In this document: positions 1-18,494 of the stretch, piece after piece
Layout: each line of letters opens with the position of its first letter
Numbering within the stretch: the first letter of the stretch is position 1
NCBI RefSeq assembly: GCF_009914755.1
Contig: NC_060936.1
Length of the DNA: 64,000 nucleotides
Source of the DNA: the human T2T-CHM13v2.0 reference genome, Homo sapiens
Direction: 5' to 3' (one strand)
Program-made: the position numbers and the translations under genes
Notes under the pieces: model-generated
Told to the model about the DNA's origin: nothing
What the model saw: the letters and a program-made list of their open reading frames with translations, nothing else
The model's database searches: none

Positions 1-4
1 TTAG
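1..4 (+). CDS. TBK1: Last base and TAG stop codon of TANK-binding kinase 1
   Basis: The opening (T)TAG-CTTTCTAATAGAAGTTTAAG matches my recollection of the TBK1 mRNA end (...DCL*). Downstream RASSF-type exons fit the known TBK1-RASSF3 gene order. Confidence 0.8.
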
Positions 5-735
5 CTTTCTAATAGAAGTTTAAGAAAAGTTTCCGTTTGCACAAGAAAATAACGCTTGGGCATTAAATGAATGCCTTTATAGATAGTCACTTGTTTCTAC
101 AATTCAGTATTTGATGTGGTCGTGTAAATATGTACAATATTGTAAATACATAAAAAATATACAAATTTTTGGCTGCTGTGAAGATGTAATTTTATCTTTT
201 AACATTTATAATTATATGAGGAAATTTGACCTCAGTGATCACGAGAAGAAAGCCATGACCGACCAATATGTTGACATACTGATCCTCTACTCTGAGTGGG
301 GCTAAATAAGTTATTTTCTCTGACCGCCTACTGGAAATATTTTTAAGTGGAACCAAAATAGGCATCCTTACAAATCAGGAAGACTGACTTGACACGTTTG
401 TAAATGGTAGAACGGTGGCTACTGTGAGTGGGGAGCAGAACCGCACCACTGTTATACTGGGATAACAATTTTTTTGAGAAGGATAAAGTGGCATTATTTT
501 ATTTTACAAGGTGCCCAGATCCCAGTTATCCTTGTATCCATGTAATTTCAGATGAATTATTAAGCAAACATTTTAAAGTGAATTCATTATTAAAAACTAT
601 TCATTTTTTTCCTTTGGCCATAAATGTGTAATTGTCATTAAAATTCTAAGGTCATTTCAACTGTTTTAAGCTGTATTTCTTTAATTCTGCTTACTATTTC
701 ATGGAAAAAAATAAATTTCTCAATTTTAATGTAAA
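5..735 (+). other. TBK1: TBK1 3' UTR
   Basis: Repeat-free AT-rich stretch after the stop. Contains miR-19 8mer TTTGCACA (36-43), miR-200b/c/429 seed CAGTATT (105-111) and two TGTAAATA Pumilio elements (123-130, 141-148); ends at AATAAA. Confidence 0.8.
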
Positions 736-757
736 GAGTTCATGTGTTTCTTTGTAT
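710..757 (+). terminator. Poly(A) signal AATAAA (710-715) with downstream GU/U-rich element
   Basis: AATAAA followed about 25 nt later by CATGTGTTTCTTTGTAT (741-757). Confidence 0.8.
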
Positions 758-905
758 CCAGTTTGTGAAACAAAAGTTATCTTTTGAAAGTAACAATATA
801 GATGATAATCATAAACTACTCAGAATATTGGATCTAGGGACAATTTTGTGTCTCTTCTAAACCCACTAATTCTAAATTTAGTATGAAGTTCTTTCATATA
901 CTTAG

Positions 906-1410
<505 letters not shown>

Positions 1411-2167
1411 TAAAGAGAAATAAATTTGTCTACCAAGAACATCAGTAACTTCATCAGTTTTAAGAAATGATTAGGATCTTAAGTGAGATTATGATGCATT
1501 ATTGTAGTGGAGAATTTTAAGCGTCATATGTACACGTAACAAGTAAATGCAAGGGTGAATGCCTTTATTTAAATAATACAGTTATCCACTGTCAGTTACC
1601 TGTTTAGTTTGAGAGTGTGTGGGGCAAGGAAGTATTTAATCCCTCTTTATTTTAATTTTCCATTTGACCGTCTAATATGGGTATCTTGTATAGTTTAAAA
1701 GCTTGTATCACTGAATATTAGGTAAAATTTTACTCAAATTATGTGATTATTTGATATATTTGCCAATTTAGTTTTTATTTCAGCACCTCTAGCAAACAAC
1801 ACCAATAAATAGAACCTTTATGTGGCGATTGTATTTTTATTAATAGTATTGATAGGAATATATCTATTCCACAGTAGTATTTTTTGAGATTTACTCTTTT
1901 ATTTCCCCCTTACAGTGACATGGAAGAGAAGCATTCTTGCTTTCAGTATTTTACCCTCAAAAATGCATCCTCATTCAAAACATTTATTTTTCAAAACATT
2001 TTAAATAAATAAATGCATGATACCAGTCTGCTAATGTTCAGTGACTATTTAAATGAAATTAGCTTTAAAATAAGTTGTATCTTCACTTTAGTAGCTTTTT
2101 AAAAATATTATAATGTTTTGAAAAGATAGCAATTAATGGTATAAAAATAGTATATATAACAAATAGA

Positions 2168-2468
2168 AGATGGGTGTGATGGCTCATGTCTGTAATCTCA
2201 GCGCTTTGGGAGGCTGAGGCAGGGATATCACTTGAGATCAGGAATTCTAGACCAGCCTGGGCAACATAGCAAGAGCCCTGTCTCTACAAAAAAAAAAAAA
2301 AAATTTTTTTTTAATTGGCCAGGCATGGTGGCATGTGCCACAGTCCCAGCTACTCAGAGGCTGAGCTGCGAAGACTGCTTCAGTCCAGGAGTTAAAGGTT
2401 ACAGTGAGCTATGATTGCCAGCCTGGGTGGCAGAGAGAGACCCTGTCTCAAAAAATTAAAAAAAAAAA
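2168..2468 (+). mobile_element. AluJ
   Basis: Diverged dimeric Alu with A tail. Confidence 0.9.
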
Positions 2469-2479
2469 TAGAAGCGTTA

Positions 2480-2891
<412 letters not shown>

Positions 2892-2894
2892 TCA

Positions 2895-3573
<679 letters not shown>

Positions 3574-3938
3574 TCCAGCTGCCATTATTTTGGAGGTTAC
3601 CAAATTATTGGCTTATAGACCTGATTATACCATGTCAAAAGAAATGCTTCTTAGATATTAAAAAAAATCAACATTTCTTTACAAATGTAGTGTCTTTATC
3701 CATAAATTATCCAGAAAAAAATTACAATAATCCTGAACTTTTTATGATTGTTTTGGTTTAGATTGTTTTTCTTTGGTTTTTGTTTTTTGCAATAGTGTTT
3801 ACCTTTTGTGGTGGTCTGTGTTAAAAGTAAGAGATACATTGTTTAGAATTAAGAAAGGGACTATCAGTAGGAATAAGGACTCTCAACTGAAATGTCAACA
3901 ATTTATTCCCCTTTCAGAACAGCCACCACCAGGGCTAG

Positions 3939-4398
<460 letters not shown>

Positions 4399-4980
4399 TG
4401 AAGGGAAAAACATTGAAAGAAATCTTTACTATTTTAGCTGGATTCTCCACCCCACATCCCACTTTTAAGAAGACCTGAAAAACTCTTACACTGTTGTTTT
4501 AGTTAGACTTGCTCCCCACTTGTCACTTGTAAGAAGAATCAAAGTCCAAATTCCTAAGAAATACTGAAAATGGAATAGGAAACAAAAACATCTGATCTGG
4601 AAATAAAAACTGGCAATATAATAATATCCGTTGTTTCTCTTTAGAGAGTAAATCAGCTCCAAAAATTTGCTGTGGCATATAAAAAGCAAGCCCAAATATT
4701 ACATCAGGCTGTTTAATCGACTTAGCTCCTAAATGAATATATGAATAAGTTTATTTCTTTTGACATAAACAGAATGCACAAGGACCAACTGTTAGACATA
4801 GTCTTAGGAGTGATGATGGGGAACCTCAGTACAAGCTGCGTGGTAGACAACTAGGCATTGATGTCTGCTGAAATGCTGAAATGGATTCAGTAATGTTACA
4901 ATGTTAGAAGTTCTAGAGAATTGTTCAATAAATGGTTAAAGATCAAAATAGGACCCTGGGGGAAAATGGTCTTTTGCATC

Positions 4981-5272
4981 TTTTTTTTTTTTTTGAAGAG
5001 TCTTGCTCTGTCACCCAGGCTGGAGTGCAGTAGTGCTATCATAGCTCACTGCAGCTTCCATCTTCTGGATTCTAGCAGTCCTCCCACCTCAGCCTCCTGA
5101 GTAGCTGGGACTATAGGTACGTGCCACCATGCCCAGCTTTTTTTTTCCTTTTTCTAGAGACAGCATTTCGCTTTGTTGGCTCGGCTGGTCTTGAACTCCT
5201 GGGCTCAAGCAATCCTCCCACCTCAGCCTCCCAAAGTGCTGGGATTACAGGTGTGAGCCCCTGTGCCTGGCC
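4981..5272 (-). mobile_element. AluJ
   Basis: Reverse diverged Alu. Confidence 0.9.
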
Positions 5273-5782
5273 CTTTTACACATTTTTTGACTCATAAGAA
5301 CTAATTTTTTTTTTTCTGGGATAAATTCCTGCTAAAGTTTCAAATAGGTTTCATTTTTCCAGTAAAAATGCACAAAACAAATGGGATCAAGGCTATGGCT
5401 TTAGGAGATTGCTTGTCCATCACCACTAAGTCCTGCAAATTACCACTGACAATTCTGTTGGAAGTTGAGTTAGTGGATCCTGTTTTTTTTCACTCCTCTA
5501 TGAAAAAATTGTGTTTTTATGAACGAGGTCAGGAGGTCCATGCTTGAAAATTACCAAGTGTTGCATTAGGTTAGAGCTTCTCTTAAGAAAGCTTAAAACT
5601 CTTTCTTTAGAAAGAACATCTATTAATACAGTTTCTAGTTATGAGGGCCAAGGTCTAAAGGACAAGCCAAAAGAATGACAGAGGAAGGGGATTTAGGGCT
5701 AACAGGTGGTCCCCAGACATATTGGCTGAAAGGCAGTTCACAGCTAAAGTGTCATATGTGGGTGTTACTGTGCTCCTCATCC

Positions 5783-5951
5783 ATGCTCTCTGTAGCGAGT
5801 CATTCTGGAACACTCCTGGTTCTCGCTATGGCCATAAGAAGTGACTTTCATGAGACCTTCAGAAGAATAGCCCGGCTCTTTTACTGGTTCCCCAAATCAC
5901 TGACCTGCTCAAAGAATCGGAAATCCAAGCTGCTCTGGAGCCAAGGTGGGG
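5783..5951 (+). CDS. RASSF3: Candidate distal first coding exon of a long RASSF3 isoform (MLSVASHSGTLLVLAMAIRSDFHETFRRIARLFYWFPKSLTCSKNRKSKLLWSQGG)
   Basis: Repeat-free open frame; in-frame ATGs at 5783 and 5828 (strong Kozak GCTATGG); consensus donor G|GTAAGT at 5952; ends in phase 1, joining in frame to exon 40169. Confidence 0.6.
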
Positions 5952-6854
5952 GTAAGTTACCTCAGGCTAATGCCTTATTTCAAATCCGTTTTTTTTTGTG
6001 TGTGTGTTACATTTTAAAATGGAGCCTCCCTCGCATGGGCAGGGAGGAGTGGGAAAGAAAAGTCTTGAAGCCTTTAAAAGGTATTCCGCTTGGTCATCTG
6101 GAGGGAAAATTGAGAGAAAATAAAATTAAGCATTTTGAGGCTGATGTATTAGAAGCCATGAACATTGTTACAATCCAATTGTATGCTTTTTAGGCATTTT
6201 GATTCCGAAAAGTTGACTAAAGAGAGATGGAGAATGTTTAGTATTTAAAAACAACAAAAACAGCTCTTATTCTCAGGGACTCTTAACTTGTCTTAGTACT
6301 AAAACATCTTAGAATAAACAGAACACAAAAAATAAGTCACAGTGAGTTCCCCTCCTTTCCATAGAAAACTAAAAAGGTCAGTGGGCCTTAAATCTCTTTT
6401 ATTTGGGTCAGTTTATGCATCATATTTTAGGTATTTATTGATGTGAGAATTTAAAGCACCTTATATTTGCTACCATATAAAGCCCTGCCTTTTCTGTCCA
6501 GTCCTGCCTGACTGGAATATGCAAGGGTCAGAGGAGAGGGGGTTAAAGGGAGTAGATGACCCCTCCAAGTCTGGTATCTGAAGTTCCTGCAGGAGCCCAG
6601 CTTTCACCTTCATACTCTGCAGCACTGGTTGTACTACTCACACTACTGTAAGCCAATTCTCTCACTTCATAATGTTTCATCTTGCAACTGAATCAAAATT
6701 CTCATTATGTTTCTTTCACACCCATGTAGCTCAGAATTTTATGTAAGTGCTTAACAATTACTTAAGATGTATTATGTGTTTGATACATTATCAAACATAA
6801 TCTGATGATGTGCTAGATTATCCAGTGCCAGATCCTCCTTTAAAAACAAGTGAC

Positions 6855-7157
6855 GACTGGGCACCGTGGCTCACACCTGTAATCTCAGCACTTTGGGAGG
6901 CCGAGGCAGATGCATTACCTGAGGTGAGGAGTTCGAGACCAGCCTGGCCAACATGGTGAAAACCTGTCTGTACTAAAAATACAAAAAAATTAGCCGGGCA
7001 TGGTGGCTGGTGCCTGTAATCCCAGCTACTCAGGAGACTGAGGCAAGAGAATCACTTGAACCTGGGAGGCGAAGGTTGCAGTGAGCCAAGATCATGCCAC
7101 CGTACTCCAGCCTGGGCAACAAGAGCTAAACTTCGTCTCAAAAAAAAAACAAAAAAC
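6855..7157 (+). mobile_element. AluS
   Basis: Dimeric Alu. Confidence 0.95.
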
Positions 7158-7223
7158 AGAAGTGACTATGATCTATAATCACCAAGGCAGGTATATGATT
7201 AAGACATTTATTTAAAAGCATGC

Positions 7224-7538
7224 AGACCGGGCGCGGCGGCTCATGCCTGTAATCCCAGCACTTTGGGAGGCCGAGGCGGGCAGATCACCTGAGGTCGGGA
7301 GTTCAAGACCAGCCTGACCAACATGGAGAAACCCTGTCTCTACTAAAAATACAAAATTAGCTGGGTGTGGTAGCACATGCCTGTAATCCCAGCTACTCGG
7401 GAGGCAGAAGCAGGAGAATTGCTCGAAAACCCAGGAGGTGGAGGTTGCGGTGAGCCGAGATTGTGCGATTGCACTCCAGCCTAGGCAACAAGAGTGAAAC
7501 TCCGTCTCAAAAAACAAAAACAAAAACAAAAACAAAAC
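7224..7538 (+). mobile_element. AluSp-like
   Basis: Dimeric Alu with CATGGAGAAACC, flanked by AAAA(G/C)CATGCA repeats. Confidence 0.9.
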
Positions 7539-7789
7539 CATGCAATTCATTTAAAAAAAAAAGAAATTTATAAAATATAAGGCCTAGGACATTTCAATCT
7601 TCCATTTTTTCTTTAATTTTTTTTCATTCTCACTGTCAAAATAGGGAGAATTTAACTTAATCGTTTAAGTCTCTGTTTATATGTACCATTCTTCAGATAT
7701 GGATTAACATAATTTGGGAAGTTAGAGCCCCAAAAGAACTTAAGAAAAATCATCTTCACCAATTGCTTCATTTTAAAGATAAGCAAAAA

Positions 7790-8110
<321 letters not shown>

Positions 8111-8427
8111 TTAGATACCTTAACCTCCCAAAACTATTACATAGGCAGAACCAGAGCTTTATCCCAGATTATCTAATTCTTGGTCTGCTGCTCTTTTTAT
8201 CACACCACAGAGCAATGGTGAGTAAGTAACAGAATGTGAACATACGAGCCCTCACTGAATATTTTACTTATAGCCTTCATCAGTAGATAATCTATACCTA
8301 GAAAGTTTGATTATCTGTTTTTCCAAAGTAAAGCTTATTAGTTTTCTCATTAGTTTGGAGATTGATAGCCTGATTCCAACAATCTTTTTACTTATACACA
8401 ATATTATGAAAGAAAGATTTTTGTTGA

Positions 8428-8729
<302 letters not shown>

Positions 8730-9707
8730 TTTCTGTTGAAATATTACTCTATCATAATGGGATTATTTAAATATATGCTTTATAGGATTATATCCCCTCC
8801 AGAGCAAGAACTATCTTTTCTTCTATCTCCAGTGTTTAACATAGTGTTTTGTATGTGGGCAGTCAATAACTATTTGCTTTACTGAATTGACTTATGAAGA
8901 CAGCCCTATGGAATTTTGAGTTAAAAAAGAATGAATGTATTCTTAGAAATCTGCTAATGCCTGGGGATCCTTGCTCCACCCTTCTGTGTAGATTAATGGA
9001 TTGTGGCAACTATCAACATCAGATTGTCTCTTTAGGATTAAACTCTCTGTCACTCATCAATATCCTAGAGTCATCTAAAGGTTGGCAGAAATATGTCAAA
9101 GTTTCCCTAAGTACCTTCATCCCGATCAACCCACTTGAAAACATAAATGGCCTCAGGGCAAAACCAGTGCATGATATTTTAATATTAATTAAGGCTCCCA
9201 AATGGCTTTACTCCCTGTAACAGCACAATTTAGCTGACTCTCCTGCAGCTCTCCTCTATCTCCCCCTAGAAGACAATAAGTTACATCAAGGCATGATTTA
9301 GGAAGAAATATAGAAGGAAAGTCGTAAATCTGAATTCAGTACATATTTTACACTATGGTCTTGAAGGAGAATGGGGAGGGGTGTATGAGAAAAGCCCACA
9401 TTCCATGGCCTGGAGCCATTTCTAATCTAGTTGAGGAACCCAAGCTATATATAAAAAACAGAGCTCAAGAGCATTGTAGGCTGCTGGGAAGATCAAGGGA
9501 CTTCAGAGTCAAACCTGGCTACTGAGAGCTGTGCTACTTTGAGAGCTTGTGGGACTTCAGAGTCAGACCTGGCTTGTGCTACTGAGAGCTGTGTGACTTT
9601 GAGCAAGTCACTTAGATCTCTCTGATGTGAGCTTTCTTGTCTGTAAAATGTGGAGATTGAACTTGATCTTAAAGTTTCCTTCCAGTTTCATAAATGCCGT
9701 GAAACTA

Positions 9708-10169
<462 letters not shown>

Positions 10170-10956
10170 TTAGGCTCCTGCTTATGGAAACTGGCCTCCT
10201 TTTCTGTGTAACCTGCTCCAGGGCACTTTGGGGTTCCCAGCAGTCATCCTGGTCATTTAATTTCTGTGGTAAGGACATCACTTTCACAGCCTACCTCTTC
10301 ATTTCTTTTCCAAATCATTACTAATGCCCAATCAAATATTGTTTCCAGGACACCCCCTTGAAGATAAAAGCCTATCGTATTAATTTATTTTTAAAAATAT
10401 TTTTTCAGCTCCTTTTCATCATGACTTATAAGATAACCAAACTCTCAGGATGGTCAAAAAATCAGAGCTAGAAGACCTAGCTGTTTTCAGACAGTCTCTT
10501 TACACTAACAATCTTCTCTGGTTCTCCCTTTCACCCCTTCCTGCCCCATGTTTTATCAGTTAATGAGATCTGATGACTGAATGAAAGTCTATTGCTTCTT
10601 GTAAGGAGGCAGATGTAAGCACATCTGGACAACACAGAAACCCACCTCTCACCACAGGGAAGAAGAGAAAGGAGGGGGGCTGCTTATTAGACAGCACCCC
10701 ACTTGTCTCCAGCATTGTATGGCTTTCTCAAGGACACCTATGTAGATCAGAAGCCCTGAGAGAGAGAACCATCATGGAAGAACTGGCAGAGGAACACTCT
10801 AGCATGGATGCTCTGGTGTCTTGTCTATTGGAGGGTAGGGTGTAACCTCCTAGTAGAATGTACTCTCTGTGCATCAGTGGGGCAATAGGCTGATGGACAA
10901 GATGACATCACAAAATCTGTTCTATATTTAGTGACCTATAAAAGCAAATAAATGAT

Positions 10957-11079
10957 CAGCCGGGCACAGTGGCGCATGCCTTTAGTCCTAACTACCCAGG
11001 AGGCAGAAGGGTCACTTGAGGCCAGAAGTTCAAGTCCAGCCTGAGCAACATGGTGAGGGCCCCATCTCTGAAAAAAAAA
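10957..11079 (+). mobile_element. FLAM (Alu left monomer)
   Basis: Monomeric Alu with A tail. Confidence 0.85.
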
Positions 11080-11784
11080 GGCAGATTTTCTCTGTCTCTG
11101 AGAGGGAGACAGCTTGAAACAAATAAGAAACTATCACTGTAAAAGGCTACTTATTTTTCCTCTGCAAGGAGAGAGGAGAAAGTTTAGATGCAGAAAAAAT
11201 ATTTTCATGCACAGAGTTCTTACTAATGGTTTAACGATAACTCAGATCCTTGACAATATTATCAAGCCATTGTAATACAAAAAAAATCAATAGTTATTAG
11301 TCCCTGAAATACACAAGCAAAGGATGGAGAGGGGTCTCCTACATTAAATAACATTCTCTCTGCTTAAGGCAGACAGTCTAGCCCCTTTTATTCTGAGGCA
11401 CTGCTCTAATGAGCAATCTTACTCATATCAATGTTCCTCAAAGTGGTCACTACAACTTTAAATCATCCTCAATAAAGTTATATCAGAAAGTAGCATAAGT
11501 TTATTGGAAGACAATGACAATCCCATGAGAAATTGGCTGATGGTTAGTCAAAACTAAAGACATTGCTTCTAAGGGTTCCTGCCCTCATCCATAAAGTGAA
11601 GCTGTCCCAACTGCTGACCCAAGAATCAGCAGTCTCCCAGAAGGTGAAATGTATAAACAGAAGCTCTCCCGAAGCAAATTATTCAAGCATAGACAGGGCT
11701 GAGAAATGTTCTCAGAGACTAACAACATATAACACATTGGACAAGCAGCTAAAAGACAGGAGAGATGTTAAAAGCCAGATTTCA

Positions 11785-12137
<353 letters not shown>

Positions 12138-12464
12138 TCAGGAGATATATAATAACCTAACACCAAAGGGCCAAAGGAGATTGTGATCAGCATCCAGATT
12201 CAATGTAAATCCTATGCAGCTGGAGACAGAGAGGCCTTGGGCAGGTGAGACATAAGGGGTCTCAGATATGCACATTATTACTGAGGCAAGGTTCCCCTCC
12301 CAGTTGCAGCAGCAAGGCTCAAATCTCAAGAACCTCCAAATTGTTCTAGTCCAGTCAGCCTAAGCCCTCTGGAGACAAACCTGTAGACCATGCAACCATG
12401 GAGAGACCTCACACCAGAGGAACCGTGCAGTATCTCATCAAAGGAAATTACAGAGCTATTCTAG

Positions 12465-13104
<640 letters not shown>

Positions 13105-13633
13105 CAGAATTTAGGTTAAATTTAAATGAAGTAGTGTTTCGATAGGTGCAAAGCAGGGCTGTGTGGGAAGAGATTAACATCAGGTCTGGACTGCAGAGGG
13201 GGACCCAGGCTCCTATTTCCTTAGAAATCACACAAAATTCGTATCTGAAGTTCTGCACCTGGGTTGTAAATCAAGGCTGCCTTTTTTTGTGTCAGAGTGA
13301 CTTAGATCTTCCAGGCAAGAGTGGGATGTTTCATTCCTGCTGATGTTTATTTCAATTAGCAAAGTTTCTCATAGTGCATGGCTTTAGGGATTTCTTAGGG
13401 AATCATTATGACACTTTATAGCTGCCCTGTGTCCCTGAGAGAAAGAAACATTAGCATTATCTGTCTCTATCTTCCCGATCTGATGAACAGTAGGAAAGAG
13501 TTGAACTTTCTCTGTCCAAACTAATTTGTACTACCTTGTTAGTTATTGTATTTTTTTTAAATTTTTGTTTTCTTTATCTCTAATTCTTTCCATGTTTTCC
13601 AATAGCTTCCCAATACAATTTTTCATATAATAA

Positions 13634-13976
<343 letters not shown>

Positions 13977-14305
13977 AATTAAACATTTTAGATAGCTGAG
14001 CACTTTTACACCCCCACCTCCACCCCAGATCCCTTTTTTTTCCTTGATTCCCTCCTTTCTCTTGTTCCAATGTGGACAGTTTGTTTTCCAGGCCTGGTTG
14101 AGCCTTTATCCTGAGAATTCCCTTTACCTCTTTCTTGAGTTGGATCATTTACTTCTTGAGTCCTACTTCTTCTTCATTCTTTGTTTAATCCTTCACTGTA
14201 GTGGGGAACATCTAGCAGCTTTCTGTAAAATGGATATGTGAAAGGCATTTCGTGTCTAATATTCAGAAATTTCCCTATAAAGTGCTTTGGAGTGGGCTTT
14301 TAAAA

Positions 14306-14445
14306 TTATTTATTTGTTTGTTTGTTTAAGGATGGGGGACTCGTTATGTTGCCCAGCAAGGTCACGAACTCCTGGGCTTAAGCAATCCTCCCACTTTAGC
14401 CCCCTGAGTAGCTGGGATTACAAGCAAGAGCCACCACACATGGGT
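14306..14445 (-). mobile_element. FLAM
   Basis: Reverse Alu monomer. Confidence 0.8.
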
Positions 14446-14933
14446 TAAAAAGTACTTATTTAACTAGACACTCACTAGGGCCTTTCAAGCTAGAAACACA
14501 TGTCTTTCAGTTATGGGAAATTTTCTTGCATTATTAATTACCTTCAATGTTCATTTCAGTAGTGCATATATGGTTCAGTATTAAGAAGCTATTAATGTAA
14601 TTCACCATATCAATGGATTTAAAAACTGGAAAATATTTTATGATATTTTCAATATATGTTGTATGGTATTTTCAATATATGTTGTAAAGGCATATAATAA
14701 AATTCACCATATATTTCTGAGTATTTTTTAATCTTAGTAAATAGAAATGAATGGAAATAGATTTTCTTGACATGATTTTTATACATCCTACAAACTAAAA
14801 CCCAACATCAATGTCTGATATATTGCCATTAAAGTCAGGAATAAGCAAGAATTTCCACTATTACCACTAATAGGTAATATTGTTCTAAATATACCATAAG
14901 ATGCAAAAACCCAGTGGGATATAATGTGACTGA

Positions 14934-15293
<360 letters not shown>

Positions 15294-15338
15294 TCAGGAA
15301 AACTAAAAAAAATTAATTAACTGAAAATAAGAAATCCT

Positions 15339-15660
15339 GGCCGGGTGCAGTGGCTCACACCTGCAATCCTAGCACTTTGGGAGGCCGAGGCGGGTGGATC
15401 ATCTGAGGTCAGGAGTGAGAGACCAGCCTGACCAACATGGTGAAACCCCATCTCTACTTAAAAGACAAAATTAGCAGGGCGTGGTGGCGCATGCCTGTAA
15501 TCCCAGCTACTCCGCAGGCGGAGGCAGGAGAATCAATTGAACCTGGGAGGCAGAGGTTGCAGTGAGTCTAAATCGCACCATTGCACTCCAGCCTGGGTGA
15601 GAAAGTGAAAATCTGTCTCAAAAAAAAAAAAAAAAAAAAAAAGAAAGAGAAAGAAAAGAA
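15339..15660 (+). mobile_element. AluS
   Basis: Dimeric Alu. Confidence 0.95.
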
Positions 15661-16242
15661 GGAATCCTATAAGGTATCTATTTGTAAAACTAGTATACCA
15701 TAACTAATAGTTTTTCTTTATAAAAATAATAACCAAGAATAACAAAAAAACAAACTTGTAATATCAGTGAAGTAACAAAATACTTAAAAAATAAACCTAA
15801 CAAGACATGTATAAGGCCTATCAGAGAAATACTTAAAAATTCATCTTAGGAACATAAAATATGATTTACATAGAAAGGTATCCTTTGTTCTTAATGAAAG
15901 GATTCAATATTGTATTGATATTAATTCCTCCCCCCCCCCACTAAGCTATAATCTTGATGTGGTCACAATTAAAATTCAAAAAATATTTTGAGGGAAACAA
16001 AATAAAATGTTCTAAATTTCATCTGGAAGAATAAACATGGAAGAATATGAAAGAAGATATTAACCCTACCAGATATCAAAATATATTACAAAGCTGCTAA
16101 AAAGAATGAAATAGACCTGGAGTTACTAATGTATGGCTATGGAAGGATAAGAGAGAGAACAGGTTGCAGGGCAAGATGTAAGTATGATGCCACTTCCACA
16201 CAGAAAAGTAGGTATACTGTACATACATATATACACACACAC

Positions 16243-16537
16243 TTTTTTTTTTTTTTGACACAGGGTCTTGTTCTGTCACCCGGGCTGGGGTACAGTAGCA
16301 CAATCATGGCCCACTGCAGCCTCAACCTCCTGGGCTCAAGCGATCCTCCCACCTCAGCCTCCCTAGTAGCTAGGACTACAGGCACACACCAGCATGCCCA
16401 GCTAATTTTTGTACTTTTTGTAGAGATGGGGTCTCACTATGTTGCCCAGGCTGGTCTTGAACTCCTGGGCTCAAGTGATCCTCCTACTTTGGCCCCCAAA
16501 GTGCTGGGATTACAGGCATGAGCCACCGCATCCAGCT
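16243..16537 (-). mobile_element. AluJ
   Basis: Reverse Alu with J-type CTCCTGGGCTCAAG. Confidence 0.92.
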
Positions 16538-16867
16538 GCACACTCACTTTATATAGCTATAAAGTTTACATCAGACTTCTAGACATTGGTTACTCTGGGA
16601 AGTGGGGTTGAAGTTGGGACAGGGAAAAATGGGGAAACTTCCTTTTACTCTCTGTTATTTTTATGACTATACTTAAAAGACTATCTAGGCAATCGTAACT
16701 CAATAAAGAAGTGTTTTTAAAATAAAAAATAATTAAAAAGATAAAAAATTAATCATTCATAGTTAATGAGAACAAAAAACAAAGAAGCAAAATCTTTTGC
16801 AGGATGAATTTCAATTCATCACATTCTATGGTTGGCAGAACGCTCACTGCTCTTTCATATACTCCAT

Positions 16868-17247
16868 CTGTTAGTCCATTTTTTGCATTGCTATAAAGAA
16901 AATACCTGAGGCTGGGTGATTTTTAAAGAAAAAAGAGCTATATTGGCCCATGGTTCTGCAGACTGTATAGGAAGCATGGTGCTGACATCTGCTCCTGTGA
17001 AGGCCAGGAAGCTTCCAGTCATGGTGGAAGGCAAAGAAGAAGACAGTGTATCACACGGCAAGAGGGAGCAAGAAAGACAGAAGGAAGTTCCAAACTCTTT
17101 TAAACAACCAGATCTCACATGAAGAGTGAGAACTCACTTATTACCGCAAGGATGGCACCAAGCCATGCATGAGGGATCCATCCCCACATTGGGGATTACA
17201 TTTCAATGTGAGATTTGAAGGGGACAAACATGCAAGCCATATTACCA
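16868..17247 (-). mobile_element. MaLR LTR (MST family)
   Basis: TGTTAGTCCATTTTTTGCATTGCTATAAAG...GGGGATTACATTTCAATGTGAGATTTG, typical of an MST LTR. Confidence 0.85.
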
Positions 17248-17737
17248 TCATAAAGGATCTTGCGGCCAGATGAGTCTGAGAAGCATTGTATACTTGATTT
17301 CCTCCTCGGAGACACCCAACATAAATTAGCACACTTATTTTGTTCTGCAGTTACAAAAAAATGTTTAACTTTGTTGAACCATTGTTTCCAGACTTATTCG
17401 AATGTAATTTTGGCCTCAGCATATCTACCTGCTCTTGTTATCTCTGTCTCATTTGCATACCTCCTAAATTCAAAGAGAGATATTCAAAGAGAGATATGGT
17501 CCAAAGGGAGAGGACCCTGAAAGATAACAGACACAACAGTGTGATGGGGATACCTTTATTACCAAACATATAATCAACAGGGAACACATTTTGGGAAATA
17601 CTGGCAGGTTCATTACTTTTATTCTATGACTAGAGCTCAAAACCCCAAGAAGTCACATGATTGATCATGCATGGGTATATGATTTGAAGTCCTTTCTCCC
17701 ACCTCCCTCGTATTATTGTCAAACATATATTAGCTCT

Positions 17738-18050
<313 letters not shown>

Positions 18051-18394
18051 TTAGGATGATAGAAATCAGATCAGAGTTTGCCTGGACAGAGGAGAGGAGG
18101 ACAGACTGGGAAGGGCCATCATGAGGGTCGATATGTCGTTACTTTACATTTTATTGGGATGTGATTTACCTGTGCATCAAAATTGACCCAACTGGAAATC
18201 TGTGCATTTTATTGTATGTAAACTCTACCTTAAGGAAATGAATCTAAGTGAATATATATATATACATACATTCACTTGTCCCAACCTGAAGTTGGGACAG
18301 GGAAAAATGGGGAAACTTCCTTCTACTCCCTATTTTTTTTATGACTATGCTTAAAAGATTAATTACCTAAGCAATCATATCTCAATAAAGTGTT

Positions 18395-18476
18395 TATGTA
18401 TATAAACACGTATATATGTGTTTATAAGCGCATATATGTGTGTGCGTGTATATATGTGTATGTATTTATATATATA
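18395..18476. repeat. (TA/TG)n low-complexity microsatellite
   Basis: Alternating purine-pyrimidine tract. Confidence 0.8.
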
Positions 18477-18494
18477 AGCTCTGAAGAGATTTAA

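Noticed and set aside
5675-6193. 172-aa single-exon gene
   Set aside because: A consensus donor at 5952 interrupts it and the later part looks intronic; better read as a first exon.
9497-9603. Short tandem duplication in a MIR (similar ones at 14640-14685 and 60865-60910)
   Set aside because: Ordinary slippage duplications inside repeats; no sign of function.
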